Source: Ignavibacteriota bacterium
GTDB taxonomy: Bacteria > Bacteroidota > Ignavibacteria > UBA10030 > UBA6906
Length of the DNA: 64,000 nt
Direction: 5' to 3'
NCBI GenBank assembly: GCA_963801355.1
Contig: CAWDEM010000008.1
Location: forward strand, 800,001 to 864,000
Shown here: in pieces, positions 36,604 through 48,700 of the stretch
Layout of the letters: each line of letters begins with the position of its first letter
Numbering within the stretch: position 1 is the first letter of the stretch
Made by a program: the position numbers and the translations under genes
The notes under the pieces: model-generated
What the model saw: only the letters and a program-made list of their open reading frames with translations
The model's database searches: none
Told to the model about the DNA's origin: nothing

Positions 36604-36697
36604 AAACACATGAAAATGTACAATGGACCGAGCTCTAACGCTGAGGTTTCAATATAGGAAGCATTGCCTCGATATGAAAGCCTCTCTCGATCCCCCA

Positions 36698-36925
36698 CTA
36701 CGGTCGCATCGTCATCAAGATCGACACCGCAAGATCCCTGGCCTCGGGACCAGATATCTCCACCAGCACCACCACTGGATCTCCATCAGGCCGGAAATAT
36801 GCTTTCATCCCGACCATCCTGCTGAAATGGGAATCGTACACATGGAACATCCCGAGGCCCTCAAACAACACTGCTGTGCGTCCGTGCAGCGTTGTGGATT
36901 GTTCCTGATAGTCGATGGAAGACAT
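36698..36925 (-). CDS. Hypothetical protein
   Basis: Short ORF with GAGGA upstream. Confidence 0.4.
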   Translation of the reverse strand: MSSIDYQEQSTTLHGRTAVLFEGLGMFHVYDSHFSRMVGMKAYFRPDGDPVVVLVEISGPEARDLAVSILMTMRP

Positions 36926-37152
36926 GGAGGATTCTTCCTCATTTCGCTACACTAGCAGAATATGCTAAGAGGAGTGGAGTTAGCATGCCCAGGTCTATCC
37001 ACGAAACGCCGACGCAATTTAAGAAAATCAGAGGCGGGAGACAAGCGCGGAACAACCTGACTTCTGAAGACCGCTTGGAAAGACTCGAAACCACGAAGAG
37101 GCGTGCACTAGAGTACACGCCGAGAACACCAGTCTGCACTTTCGCGGTGGGA

Positions 37153-38532
37153 TCAAAATTGCACAGATCGGCCCGCGCTGGTGATATAGTAGTTCGCCGG
37201 CGTGGATGCCGATGTCGGACCGTTCACGGTCTGAGCCGCATAGCGGCCGTTAGCAGCTGCTCCCTGAACATTCGGTGTCCAGGTGTTGCCAACCGCTTGA
37301 ACAGCGGGGCCTGTCCCTGTGACGTCCGATTGGAGGCCGTACTTCGTGTTGTTCTGAAATGTGTTGCCGCCAGGATCCGATGCCGTTCCTATGTCGGCGA
37401 GACTCGTTGATGCCACCAGATGAACGGCAGTGCCCGTGTAGCTCACATTGGTATTCCGGAGAACGAGCGAGACGCCCCCGTTGACGATGATTCCCCGGTC
37501 CGACGCCCCGGAAATCAGACTGTTTCGAATGGTAAAATTTCCCTGAGAAAGTACTATCCCGCGCTCTCCGCTATTCGTGATCGTGGTGCTGTCGATCGAG
37601 GCGGAACCGTAAAGGTATAGTGAAGCCCCATTGATGCTAGCGCCGTTCCTGTCGAAGTACACCCTCTTCAGTGTGAGCGAAGCCGTCGGGCTTTCCATGC
37701 TTATTGCCTGGCCATACGTCTGCGAGATTGTCGATCCAACTATGGTGACCTTCGCGGTGCCGCGAAGGGAGATGGCGGTGCTGGAACCCGCTCCATGAAG
37801 CCCGGTGTTTGTAAACGTACTCGTGTTGATCTCCGCCACCGACGCGTCCAACATTTCCAGAACTGTCGTTGGCGCGTCCTTGATCGTTGTGCCGGTTATC
37901 GATGCCCTGGCGGCATTGCTGAGCTGGATGATGGAGTAGGTGGTAGTGCCCGAAAGCAGGCAATTCTTGACAGTAATCCTACTGAAGTCTTTTCCTGAGC
38001 CGATAATTGCGGCTGTTCCTGTGCCGGATTCCCAGGTTCCCTCTGCTGCGCCGTAAAGGTCGAATGTCTTGTATATCGATGTGAGAGTGACTCCCAGAAG
38101 AACGTGCGATCCCGCGCCTGCCTTGATGCAAGTGTTGAAACCCTGGAGTTCAAGGTATTTTAAAGTGTCCGTGCCGGAAGCGTAGAAGGCGATATCTCCC
38201 GGCGTCCCAAGCAGGACGGCTTGCCCTGCTGAAACCGATTCCATGACCACACCGGAAGGGAGAGAGTCGGGGAAGACCTGCCCATTGGCTACGCTGTAAG
38301 TACCCGCCTGAAGTTCGATCTTCTTTCCGGAACGGAAAAGTGAGAATGCCTTGTGAATCGTTTTGAGCGGTGAGCTCTGGGTACCAGTGCCTGCATCGCT
38401 GCCTGTCAGCGGATTCACGAAGATGAACTGCTGTTCGGCGACAGAGGCCGAAGGGCCGGCAGGGTTATCGGTCTTACTGCAACCGGCGACAAGAGCGGCA
38501 GACACGAGGAGTACAGCAAGTAATCGGTACAT
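37153..38532 (-). CDS. DUF1565 / right-handed beta-helix lipoprotein
   Basis: Lipobox VAGC, 'FVNP..GSD...GT...PLKTI..A', 'ADIGT...PGGNTF..N'. Confidence 0.85.
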   Translation of the reverse strand: MYRLLAVLLVSAALVAGCSKTDNPAGPSASVAEQQFIFVNPLTGSDAGTGTQSSPLKTIHKAFSLFRSGKKIELQAGTYSVANGQVFPDSLPSGVVMESVSAGQAVLLGTPGDIAFYASGTDTLKYLELQGFNTCIKAGAGSHVLLGVTLTSIYKTFDLYGAAEGTWESGTGTAAIIGSGKDFSRITVKNCLLSGTTTYSIIQLSNAARASITGTTIKDAPTTVLEMLDASVAEINTSTFTNTGLHGAGSSTAISLRGTAKVTIVGSTISQTYGQAISMESPTASLTLKRVYFDRNGASINGASLYLYGSASIDSTTITNSGERGIVLSQGNFTIRNSLISGASDRGIIVNGGVSLVLRNTNVSYTGTAVHLVASTSLADIGTASDPGGNTFQNNTKYGLQSDVTGTGPAVQAVGNTWTPNVQGAAANGRYAAQTVNGPTSASTPANYYITSAGRSVQF

Positions 38533-38662
38533 CTGCGGCCTCGTATGAGAGTGTTGGCGGGCCTATGGCCAGCCTGATGGATGAACACCCTCCGGGTGAA
38601 GATTGTTCCCCACAAAAACAGAGAGAGCCGTGAAACCTTAACGGCATCACGGCTCCGCAGGC

Positions 38663-38690
38663 AAAGGGCCGGAGTTAATTCCGGCCCTTT
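38663..38690. terminator. Intrinsic terminator
   Basis: AAAGGGCCGGA-GTTAAT-TCCGGCCCTTT after the stop at 38738. Confidence 0.7.
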
Positions 38691-38737
38691 CCAAGTTCGT
38701 CTACTTGTTTCAAGAAACAACACTGATCGCCTGTTCA

Positions 38738-40798
38738 TTACCTCAGAAGCAACGACTTGCGCGTCTCCACAAAACCCAGTCCTGAACTGCGTAAAAGATC
38801 CGTTGCTCCGCTCCTGGAGTCATGCCCGACAGCTGCATTGGAGGGACGAACTTGTATCCTGTAGAAGTACACTCCACTCGGGAGACCATTCCCTTCAAAC
38901 TTCACATCATGGTACCCTGCCTCCCTTTCTCCATCCTGGAGAACTGCGAACTGCTGACCGAGGGCGTTGAACACGGTCAGGGTCACATGCGAACGATTCG
39001 TCAAGCTGTAGCTGAGCGTCGTTGACGGGTTGAAAGGGTTCGGGTAGTTCTGGTACAATATAGCCTGGACGGCCACTGTAGGCGGATCGTCATTCACCGA
39101 TGAAGTCTGATTACCCTTTAAGAGTTCAATTCCATTGCCCGTTCCCATGTTTCTGGAATATTGCATATGGAGACTATCGTTCCAGTGTTCATGCGTTCCA
39201 AGACTTGCGAGCACTGTGCCGTCGTTCTCCGGATCATATCTGATGCCGGCGGGCCAATTGGTGGTGTCGGCGGCCTGGTGAAGATAGTCATCGGTGGCAT
39301 TCATCTGGGGATACGTGCCTGCGCCCCGGGCCGCGGTCCACTCCGCCCGCAGAAAATCATACCCCACCGACTCAATCGCCAGCGGATCAAAAGACGCAAA
39401 TACCGAAGACATCCAATCGTTATTGAACGGTGCCATCATCCATTTCAATGGGAAGTGCAGCTCATAGTCGGTCGCCCACAACGCATCCATCAGATAGAAG
39501 AGGTTTTTCTTCCCCAGCAATTGATGCCCCATCAGATCCACCTGGACACGGTACATCCCGTAGTCCATACGATACGGAGTGTTTGGATACTCCTCCGGCG
39601 CCACCAACCCTCCGTGGAGGTGTGAGGCACTGGACCGTGTGTGCGATCCGAAGTGATTCTTGGCAAACATGGTCACGCCTCCCCGCTTATGCCCTTTCAG
39701 CATCGGGATATTGAGCAGGTATTCGGCTTTGTCGAAGACATCATAGAGCAGATCCTCGGTGATGGCTGTCCCCGTCGACCCACTCGATTTCAGAACGGTT
39801 CCTCTGTCAGAATACTTGATCTTTGCAGTGGTGCTCTTAACGGCCTTCTCTCTTCCCAGGTTCGTGTAGCCATCCGTGTCCAGGTAGTGGACATCAGGGA
39901 ACTCGGCGTGCCAGAGATCGTAGCAGTGTTTGTAGATATGCTTCATGGGATCGCCGACATAGATGTCCGCCTGAGCTACACCGACAACGTTCACCAATTG
40001 ACGCAACACCGAAAGAACAATGGCAGGAGATGTCTCAGAGACGGCATAGTACATGACGCCCGTGCGTGCACTGAGATCGGCGGTATTGAACTGGCCGCTC
40101 CAACTGCTCGTCGCATTCGTTTTGATGAAAACCTTCTCTCCTGATGTATATCCCACTGCTCCCTTTCCGCGGGTGGAGTTATGAAACCGGAAAATGGCAA
40201 CCCAGGCCGCGGAATCCGACGATGTGCCGGTCAACCTGCTGATGGCTGTCGACACCATCGTATCAATGACAGGCTGATTGTTGTTTTCGGGGCGATACCA
40301 TTCGTGGCTGACAACGGCCGGGGTGCAGTTTTCGTTTGTCGCCTCCGGACGGTGTATCCAAACGACTCTTCCCGGAAATATCCCGACGGCGGTCCCGATC
40401 GGTTGATTCCCCACCAGATGGAAGGTGGGTAGCTTGACATCATAGGCGTTTGCAGGATCATTGACGAGCGTATACGAGACGAACAGCCCCATCAATGCGA
40501 GCACAGACATAAACACTAGAGCCGGGATCGTCTGCTGCTTCTTCGCTTTTGCCCACAGCAAGAGCGACACACCCACGAAGAGGAGATATCCAATGAAGCT
40601 CGAGGCAAATGGCATTGCGGCACGTACACAAGGATAGGCAATACGGCTTGGCTTTGTGGCAACCCGAAAGATTATCCATGCGAGGGCCACCAAGCCGACA
40701 ATCGGTGCCAGGACCATTGCGAGACCGTGTGGCCTCTTCAGACCGACGAACTTGCCAGACTTAGGGCAAAAACGGAGATACTCTCTGAAGAATTTCAT
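38738..40798 (-). CDS. DUF362 domain protein with T9SS type-A sorting domain
   Basis: 'KPSRIAYPC', 'GIFPGRVVW', 'NIPMLKGH...GVT..AKNHFG' and C-terminal 'QNYPNPFNPST'. Confidence 0.85.
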   Translation of the reverse strand: MKFFREYLRFCPKSGKFVGLKRPHGLAMVLAPIVGLVALAWIIFRVATKPSRIAYPCVRAAMPFASSFIGYLLFVGVSLLLWAKAKKQQTIPALVFMSVLALMGLFVSYTLVNDPANAYDVKLPTFHLVGNQPIGTAVGIFPGRVVWIHRPEATNENCTPAVVSHEWYRPENNNQPVIDTMVSTAISRLTGTSSDSAAWVAIFRFHNSTRGKGAVGYTSGEKVFIKTNATSSWSGQFNTADLSARTGVMYYAVSETSPAIVLSVLRQLVNVVGVAQADIYVGDPMKHIYKHCYDLWHAEFPDVHYLDTDGYTNLGREKAVKSTTAKIKYSDRGTVLKSSGSTGTAITEDLLYDVFDKAEYLLNIPMLKGHKRGGVTMFAKNHFGSHTRSSASHLHGGLVAPEEYPNTPYRMDYGMYRVQVDLMGHQLLGKKNLFYLMDALWATDYELHFPLKWMMAPFNNDWMSSVFASFDPLAIESVGYDFLRAEWTAARGAGTYPQMNATDDYLHQAADTTNWPAGIRYDPENDGTVLASLGTHEHWNDSLHMQYSRNMGTGNGIELLKGNQTSSVNDDPPTVAVQAILYQNYPNPFNPSTTLSYSLTNRSHVTLTVFNALGQQFAVLQDGEREAGYHDVKFEGNGLPSGVYFYRIQVRPSNAAVGHDSRSGATDLLRSSGLGFVETRKSLLLR

Positions 40799-40956
40799 GC
40801 TCACTACCCTTCTCTTATGCAGATCATTTCGGTCGAACGGAACCCTGATCTGTTGCACACGTTCCCGCCGACCGCGACTCCTCCACAACGCACCGCAGGC
40901 AGGCATTAGATAATATTGGCCTAAAAAGAGGGAAAGTCAAGAAGAGCAAGTGCGCC

Positions 40957-42627
40957 TCAATCCCAGTCGAACTCCACCACTTCCCCATTCAGTTTCCATT
41001 TCCCGGGGAAGGCGTTCTGCATCCAATCAAGAGGTTCTCCGATGGGTAGCTCCTGGGCTGCCAAACGAAAGCACTCCTTTGTCATCTCCCTCTGTGCAGT
41101 TCCCATTGCTTCCGGTTGAGCCGAGATGAAGAGCGGAGTACCACTTCTGGCAACCAGTTCCATCCACTGTTTGTTCTTCTCCCAGGGAATTTTCGTGGTC
41201 AACCCCACGCAGTCCGGGTCGGCAGCGTAAAAAACCCCGTGCTGCAACCCCCTGAATGCCAGAGTGTTCACACCCATCTTGCGAGTCCGTTGCCACTCAT
41301 TGCCTGAGGTATCGTCGCCAATGCGATTCAATTCGAACAACCCCGCTGATAGATGACTGATTGTATTGCAGGCGATAACATAAGTTTCCCCTGCGGCTTC
41401 TCGAATGGTTCTGTAAAGATCGAGAATGATCTCTGCATTGGTTCTGGAGTTGTCGTGCATACGCCAATCGGGGCTGCTCATGGCGCGATCCCGCAGCATT
41501 TCAAAGCCCCATTTTCCGAAGATATCAAAAGTCGTGAAGTCGAATTTTACTATTTCATAACTCCAGTTTCTGTAGAGTGCAAAATAGCCTCGTATGCGTT
41601 CGAGGTTTTCAGGAATGGTCGGATCAAGCACAGGTCTCTTTTCCTCCCTGCCCTTCACGAGCGGGAGCATCAACGACTGCGGGTCTTTGTAGCTCCCACA
41701 AAGCGGACGGGTCCAAATGCCAGGTCGCATTCCGACTGCTCGTATTTTGCCCGCAAGCCTGGCCATGTCGCCAAACCGCGAATTGGAAAGATCCATTCGA
41801 TCTCCCCAGCAACAGTCATTCGGCGATGACGGCGGTCCGATAAACCACCCCGCATCAATCACAGAAAAGGGACGGTTGTCCAGACCATCTGCCATGGGAG
41901 CCATCATTTCGGTGTGTTTAAGAATCAGTTCTTCCGAGTTGTTGCCATAGGTAAAGTACCAGTCGTTGATGCCGTACACAGGCTGCTTTGGCATGCGCGC
42001 CTTGTCACACATCATCCGGGCGAACCTCCGGGTGGTCTGAAACGGGGATTCTCCTGAAAGGCTCTTCGTTGCCACAATCTCTGCAGCCTGTATTCTTCTT
42101 CCTCCACATTGAACTCCCTTGCCGCCGGACCGTGTATCCATTGATAAACTCAGACGTCCGTCGCCCGCCTGCCAGAAGCAGAAGGCAGCAGCTCCTGTTT
42201 TCACGCCGAATCCATTCGTGTTGGTACCGTCGTTTTCCATGAAATACCAGGGGAGGATCTCTGATTCTGCCGGCGCATGCCAGGATACATCACCATACGT
42301 CCGTTCCCAGTGGTCGTTCATGATGCTGGACGCAACGTTTCCCGGCTTCTTCCAATGCAGCGTCACCGCACTCACACTTGATTGAGGAGCTTCAATTTCT
42401 ACGACAAGGCTATCATTGTCGTATTTCAGAACGACTTTCAGATCGTTATATGTCCAGGAGGATGTGCTCTTGCCGCCCAGTGTGACTGGCTGATCGTTCA
42501 AGATTGCAGTTACTTCATCGGGGAAGCTGATGAAGTGCCCCTTCTGCCCACCGGCGAAGAGGGATTCGCTCATCAGAATGGATGCCAATGAGATGCCTGT
42601 CGTTCGTATGAAATGTCTGCGATTCAT
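40957..42627 (-). CDS. Tat-exported glycoside hydrolase, GH36 alpha-galactosidase-like
   Basis: 'MNRRHFIRTT' twin-arginine signal, 'INDWY', 'IDAGW', 'VKFDF', 'RIGDD'. Confidence 0.85.
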   Translation of the reverse strand: MNRRHFIRTTGISLASILMSESLFAGGQKGHFISFPDEVTAILNDQPVTLGGKSTSSWTYNDLKVVLKYDNDSLVVEIEAPQSSVSAVTLHWKKPGNVASSIMNDHWERTYGDVSWHAPAESEILPWYFMENDGTNTNGFGVKTGAAAFCFWQAGDGRLSLSMDTRSGGKGVQCGGRRIQAAEIVATKSLSGESPFQTTRRFARMMCDKARMPKQPVYGINDWYFTYGNNSEELILKHTEMMAPMADGLDNRPFSVIDAGWFIGPPSSPNDCCWGDRMDLSNSRFGDMARLAGKIRAVGMRPGIWTRPLCGSYKDPQSLMLPLVKGREEKRPVLDPTIPENLERIRGYFALYRNWSYEIVKFDFTTFDIFGKWGFEMLRDRAMSSPDWRMHDNSRTNAEIILDLYRTIREAAGETYVIACNTISHLSAGLFELNRIGDDTSGNEWQRTRKMGVNTLAFRGLQHGVFYAADPDCVGLTTKIPWEKNKQWMELVARSGTPLFISAQPEAMGTAQREMTKECFRLAAQELPIGEPLDWMQNAFPGKWKLNGEVVEFDWD

Positions 42628-42695
42628 GGTAATAGGTGAAATCCATCCACAGAAGGTACGCCGCGATTTCGGCATTATCAAACAAGAGTCACAAA

Positions 42696-42733
42696 ATGAA
42701 TCCGCCGAAAGCATCAAAGAGTAGTTAATCCCC
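42696..42733 (-). promoter_or_regulatory. 38-bp regulon motif, copy 1
   Basis: ATGAATCCGCCGAAAGCATCAAAGAGTAGTTAATCCCC (+ strand). Confidence 0.65.
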
Positions 42734-42758
42734 GTTATCTGTGCTGCTGGAAGGTTTG

Positions 42759-45700
42759 TCAATTGCCCATGCGCACGACGATCCGATGCTTGATGAAATC
42801 GCGACCGAGAGGAATCACCCCGCCTTTCATTCGCTGCCCGTCCATTTCCACCCAGGAGATTCCCCGCTCGTAGTGTTCCGGATTCTCGACCTGTATTGCA
42901 TACACCGATTCACCGTGACGGTAGCTCATCTGGAAGCCATCCCACCATCCCGGAATGACCGGGGTGAAGCTCATGGTCTCTCCACGCACCTGAAGCCCCA
43001 GTATCTCTTCAACCCAAGTACGATACATCAACGCTGCCGAGCCTGTGTACCAGGACCAGCCACCCTTGCCTATCCTTCCGGGCAAGCGGTACACGTCAGC
43101 CGCGACCACATAAGGCTCAATACCGTAACGCCACACCGTTTCCGGATCGCGTGCATGCTCAATCGGGTTCAGTATGCGCATCATGTTCGCCGCACGGGTG
43201 CCATCCCCGCTCCGCGCGATGGCAATGGCGAGCCACAAGGCAGCATGGGTATACTGGCCTCCGTTCTCGCGTACACCCGGAGGGTATCCCTTGATATATC
43301 CTGGCGATAGCTCCGTCTTGTCAAAGGGAGGCTCAAAGAGAAGCACAAGCTTGTCTTCTTCGCGAACGAGATTCTTCCAGGCCGATTCCAGTGCTTTTTT
43401 CGCCCGGTCGCTGTCGGCAGCACCGCTGATCCAGGCCCAGGATTGCGGAATCGAATCGATGCGTGCTTCCTGATTTACCGAAGAACCGAGCGGGGTCCCG
43501 TCGTCGAAGGTCCCACGGAGATACCACTCCCCATCCCACGCAAAGCCTTCGACATGCTCAATCAAGATCTTCCGGTCTTGAAGATATGCCAGACTTAGAT
43601 CCGGCCTGCCCATCTCTGTAGACATCTCGGCCATGCCCTTCAGCACATCAACCAGGAACCACGCAAGCCAGACGCTCTCGCCCTTACCTGCGGCCCCTAC
43701 AAGATTCATCCCGTCATTCCAGTCGCCCGTTCCGATCAGGGGCAATCCGTGGGACCCTGACGTGTGGCCGCGCGTGACGGCACGCCGGCAATGTTCAAAG
43801 AGCGAGGCGTGTTCCGATGAGTTCCCCGGAGATTTCAGGCTCTCGTTCTGGTTTTTCTCCAGCGGTGGCGCATCGAGGAACCCGACCATCTCGTGGAGAA
43901 TTGAGACATCCCCCGTAATTCTGACGTAGTGCGCGGCGACGTATGGAAGCCAGAGGAGATCATCGGAGATCCGCGAGCGGATTCCCGCGCCACCCGGGAC
44001 ATGCCACCAGTGCTGGACATCGCCCTCCGTGAACTGGCGGCCTGCCGCGAGCAGAATGTGCGCTCGCGCCAGCCCGGGTTGCGCGTACAGCAAAGCCATC
44101 ACATCCTGCAATTGATCGCGGAAACCAAACGCACCACCTGACTGGTAGAAGCCCGAGCGTCCCCAGAGCCTGCAGGCGAGCGTCTGGTAGAGCAGCCAGC
44201 GGTTGATTAAAAAGTCAACGGCAAGTTCGGGAGTATGCACCTGAACCACGTCGAGCCGCTCGTTCCACCAGGCTTTCGTTTGCACGAGCGCGGCCTTAAC
44301 CACTGTATTCTCACGGTACGCAAGCACGAGCGCCCGGGCCTTGTTCAACGACGGGGCCTGACCGAGCACACACGTGATTTCCACATTCTCGCCAGGCGCC
44401 AAACGCACGGTGGTCTGCAATGCAGCGCAAGGGTCCAGGCCCGCTCCTGTCCTCCGGGAAAGCCCGGTGCGCTCCATCGCCGCCGGGTTTACCATCGAGC
44501 GGTTACGACCAAGAAACGCTGTGCGATCACCGGTGTAGGATTCCGCCGGCAGGCTCAGGGCCGCGAACGCCACACTGTCCGAAAAATCAGGATGGTAGTA
44601 GTTGTGCGCGATCATTGCCTCGACTTCGTCATCCCAGTCGGTCACGACGTGGTTCTGGGACGACTCCCGGAACTCGCCCAATGTCCATTCCACGTAGTAC
44701 GTCAGAGACAGCTTGCGTGGCCTGGCCGAGTCGTTTTTCAACAACAGGCGCTGGAGCTTCACCGGCTCGCCCCCCCCATCATCAACGGGCACGAAGACCG
44801 TCAGTTCGTGTTCGATACCGTGGCTGTTATGTTCGAATACCGAGTACCCCGCTCCATGTCTTGCGCGGTAGTCCGTTCCCTCGCGGATAGGTGAAGCGCA
44901 CGGCGTCCAGTAGGCTCCTGTTTCCTCATCGCGAATGTACAGTGCTTCGGAAGGTGGATCCGTCACCGGGTCGTTTGACCATTGTGTCAGGCGATTTCGC
45001 TGACTGTTGCCCTGCCAGGTAAACCCGGCACCTGTCTCGCTGATGAGTGTACCGAAGCCCGGGTTGGCAATGATGTTGACCCAAGGCATGGGCGTGTTCA
45101 TTCCCGGACCAAGATAGACAGCGTACTCATTCCCATCGGGAGTAAAACCGCCGATGCTGTTGAAGTAAGGAAGTTCCATGAAAGGGAGCGCAGCCGCGGG
45201 ATCACGGGAATCCCGTTTTGAAGCGATGGGCCCCGGTGTCTCGGGGATTTCAATCGAGACGCCCAATTGCTGCTGTAGAGTTCCACGAGCCGCCACCATC
45301 ACTGTACTTGCCACAGCCTGCAGCAGTGTGAGGTCTTCCTCCGGAATCATATCCGCGCTGCGCAAGAAGATTCCCCCAGGCCGGTCCACCCCGGTAGTGG
45401 CCGAATGCGATTGGATCAGTCGCTGGAGTTGTTCATGCAACGGGCGCTCGTAGCCACGGCTCTCTTCGTTCAGAATTACCAGATCGGTTGTGAACCCGTG
45501 CATGCGCCAATAGGTATGTGCCTGGAGCATCTGACGGACCAGGCTCATGTCCTCCACTTCGCCGATGGCGACAAGTGCAATCGGGACGTCGCCCGAAATC
45601 CCGTAGGTCCATAGGCCGGCCTGTCCCTTGCGGTTTTCTGCGATGCGTTCCGCCGCCGCGCGCAGGAGGAGATTCGGAAACAGCAGATGGCTCGCCAGCT

Positions 45701-48700
45701 GCTGAAAGCGTCGCGCGTCGTCGGGTTGAATGTGCAGGAGCCGCAATTCAAGCTGGGCTGAGGCCCACGCAAAGTCCATTGCGCGATCAATCGCACGTGG
45801 ATCTCCATACTTGCTCATCAAGCTCAGGACCTGTTCGCGCGTTGACGCGCCGGCCAATACCATGGAGACTTGTGCGCGCTGACCGGGGCCCACGGTCAGG
45901 CTCTGGCGCAGGCTGAGAATCGGGTCAATGGCGAAACCCTGGCTCTGCCCGGGTTCTTGAACGGCTCCCATGGGAGCACTGAGCGTTCGCCCCCGGCCGA
46001 TGAACCGGGCCCGATCCGTCTCGAAGCGCAACGCATCAACGTCATCGTGTTCGAGTGTGAAGCGGTGCCCGACATACACGGGCGGGTCACCGTCCTGCCT
46101 GGGCCGACGGAAGGCCAGGAGGGCGTGCTGACCGGGAACTGCCTCAGTCTGGATGAACAGCTTGTTGAAAGCCGGATGCTGGCGGTCCGCATCGTGAGGC
46201 GCGAGCGAGAGTTCGATGTAGCTCGTCAGATCGAGCTGGCGTGTACGGAGAGAACGATTGATCAGGGTTATGCGGCGAATCTCGACGTCCTCTTCCGGGG
46301 CGACGACAATCTCGGTTTCACTCTGTATCCCGTTGTCGATGCGCCGGAAGACCGCCCGGTCCAGGGAAAAGTCGGCGGAATAGTCCTCCACTTTCCCCCG
46401 AGTCGGCTGGTACGTGTTGCACCACAACCGATCGGAGTCTGTGTCGTGGATGTAACAGAAAGTCCCCCATGGGTCGCTCGTTCGATCCGACCTCCATCGT
46501 GTGATCTCAACATCACCCCAGCGGCTGTAGCCGCCGCCCGCATTCGTCAGCATCACTCCGTACCGGCCGTTGCAGAGCAGTTGCGTCTTTGGCGTAGAGG
46601 TGTGGGGCGTATCAAACTGACTCACCGAGGGTGCGACTTCGCCGACGGCCGCTATCGAAGAGATCCGCGCACGCGTTGAAATCTGGTTCAATGGTGGGAC
46701 GATGGGAATGCGTTCATGAAGCAATGGCTCGACCGTGCGTACGCGTGGGTCGCGGTGGAAATAGTTCTGGATGGAATTCCCATGGAGGAGATTGGTCAGC
46801 GCCAGGAAGCCCATTCCTTGATGATGTGCCATATAGGCCCGTACGATGACTCCGCGCTCCCCTTCCCGGGTTTGCTGTTGGCTGAAGTCGAGTGCTTCGT
46901 AGTAGCCATACTCGTCGAGCAGTCCCAACTTGGCAAGGCGTTTCAGATTTCGCAGACTTTCCCGCGGCTGGATGTTGATAGCCAGGAGCGTGGCATAGGG
47001 CGCAATGACGATCTTCTCCTCCAGCCCGCGCTTGAGTCCGAGCGCCGGCACGCCGAAAGCATGATATTGATAGGTCTTATTGATGTCCAGATCCCCGGAA
47101 GCAGACTCCGAGATTCCCCACGGAACGTCGTGCCTGGGGCCGTAATCGATCTGAATCGCGACGGCTTCCTGCGTCGCCTTGTCGAGCAGCGAGTTTCCAT
47201 AGGAGCGCTGGAAGAGAAGAGGCATCAGATATTCGAACATTGTTCCGGTCCAGCTCAGCAATACCTGGCGCCGGCCGACGGCACCGTACGGCCGGCTCAT
47301 AGCAAACCAATGCTCGATCGGAACGTCCCCCCGGGCAATTGCGACGAAGCTTCCGAGTCGTGCCTCACTCGCCAGGAGGTCGTAGTAGGCGTGATCCAAT
47401 CGTCCTTCAGTGACATTGTAGCCGATCGAGAACAATCTGCGGTCGGCGTTATAGAGGAAGCGCATGTTCATGGATGCAGAGAGTTCACGTGCTGCCTGTG
47501 CAAGCTGCTCGCCCGAGGCAAGCATTTCACCGGCAAGCCATTTCGACGTATCGAGGGCCCCGAATACGCGGTCAATCCAGGATGCGACCGCAGACGTGTC
47601 CGACGGCTCCCGTTTCCGGAGTGCCCGGAGAAGCGGGATCCACGGGAGATTCCCATTGGCGAGATCATGAAGGGATGGGGCATGATGAAGAGCCTGCTGG
47701 AGTTCCGGCGCACCGTTTTGATCCAGCATGGCGATTTCATCCGCGGTCTTCTCACCCAGGATTTCAATCCAGCCAAGGTAACGGTCCACGACATTCAGCC
47801 AGGCATCCGTCTGGCTCTGCATCTGCTTTACCCAGTGGGACACGCTCCCTCCAGGGAGAGCAGATACATTGGTCATTGTGGCGAATTCGCTGACGCTTTG
47901 TTTGGCCCGGCGAAGAAGGCCGACAGCGTCCGGGATGCGGTCCGGTGGAGATTCCCAGGTGAGCAATAGTGCACGAAGGGCGTCACCATCCAGACTGGTG
48001 GACTTCTCTGTGACAATGGCCTGACGCAGGGATTCTCCGGCATCCCGCAACCCCGCAAAGGCTCTCGCGTCGAGCAATTCTTCATGCATCAACGCATCGA
48101 GTCCGTGATCGATGGACCACAGGGCGGCAAGCAGATTTCCGCTGTCAACCGTGGAGACGTAGTGCGGCTTCAGAGGAGCCAGGGTTTGAATATCGTACCA
48201 ATTGAGAAGATGGCCCTCATGGCGATCCAGTTTGCCGATCGTCTCCATCGTCCCCGTCAGTTTGCGAGTAACTTCATCCAGAGTGAGGTATCCAAAATCA
48301 TGCGCCCCAAGGACGCTGACCATCCAGAGACCGATATTTGTCGGACTGGTCCGCATGGCCAGTTGATTCTGATACGCGACCTGGTAATTATCGGGTGGCA
48401 ACCACGAAGTTTCTTGATTGACAAAGTCCGAGAAATACCGCCAGGTTCGACATGCGATGTTCCTGAGGAATTGTCGATCGTTCTCCCGGAGCATTGCTTG
48501 AGGCTGTTTCCGTTCCGGACGCCGGTTGAGGACCCAACCGACCACCGGTGATAGAAACCAGAGAACTAACCAGGGGATGGCGATCAAGACAGTCGATAGT
48601 CCCATAGATTGCACTCCCCACCCAACGATCACGCTGAACAGGCTCGCGAGGCACATAGAAAGGAGGAACATTGGGACCCGGGCCCGGGCTTCATCCTGCA

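Noticed and set aside
42628-42762. N-terminal extension of the GH36 ORF overlapping the cgs stop
   Set aside because: The Tat signal starts at 42627 and the extension contains the conserved promoter motif.
46716-47969. Long plus-strand ORFs antisense to cgs (also 49518, 50376, 45870) and other shadow ORFs
   Set aside because: Antisense shadows of GC-rich coding sequence with no motifs.
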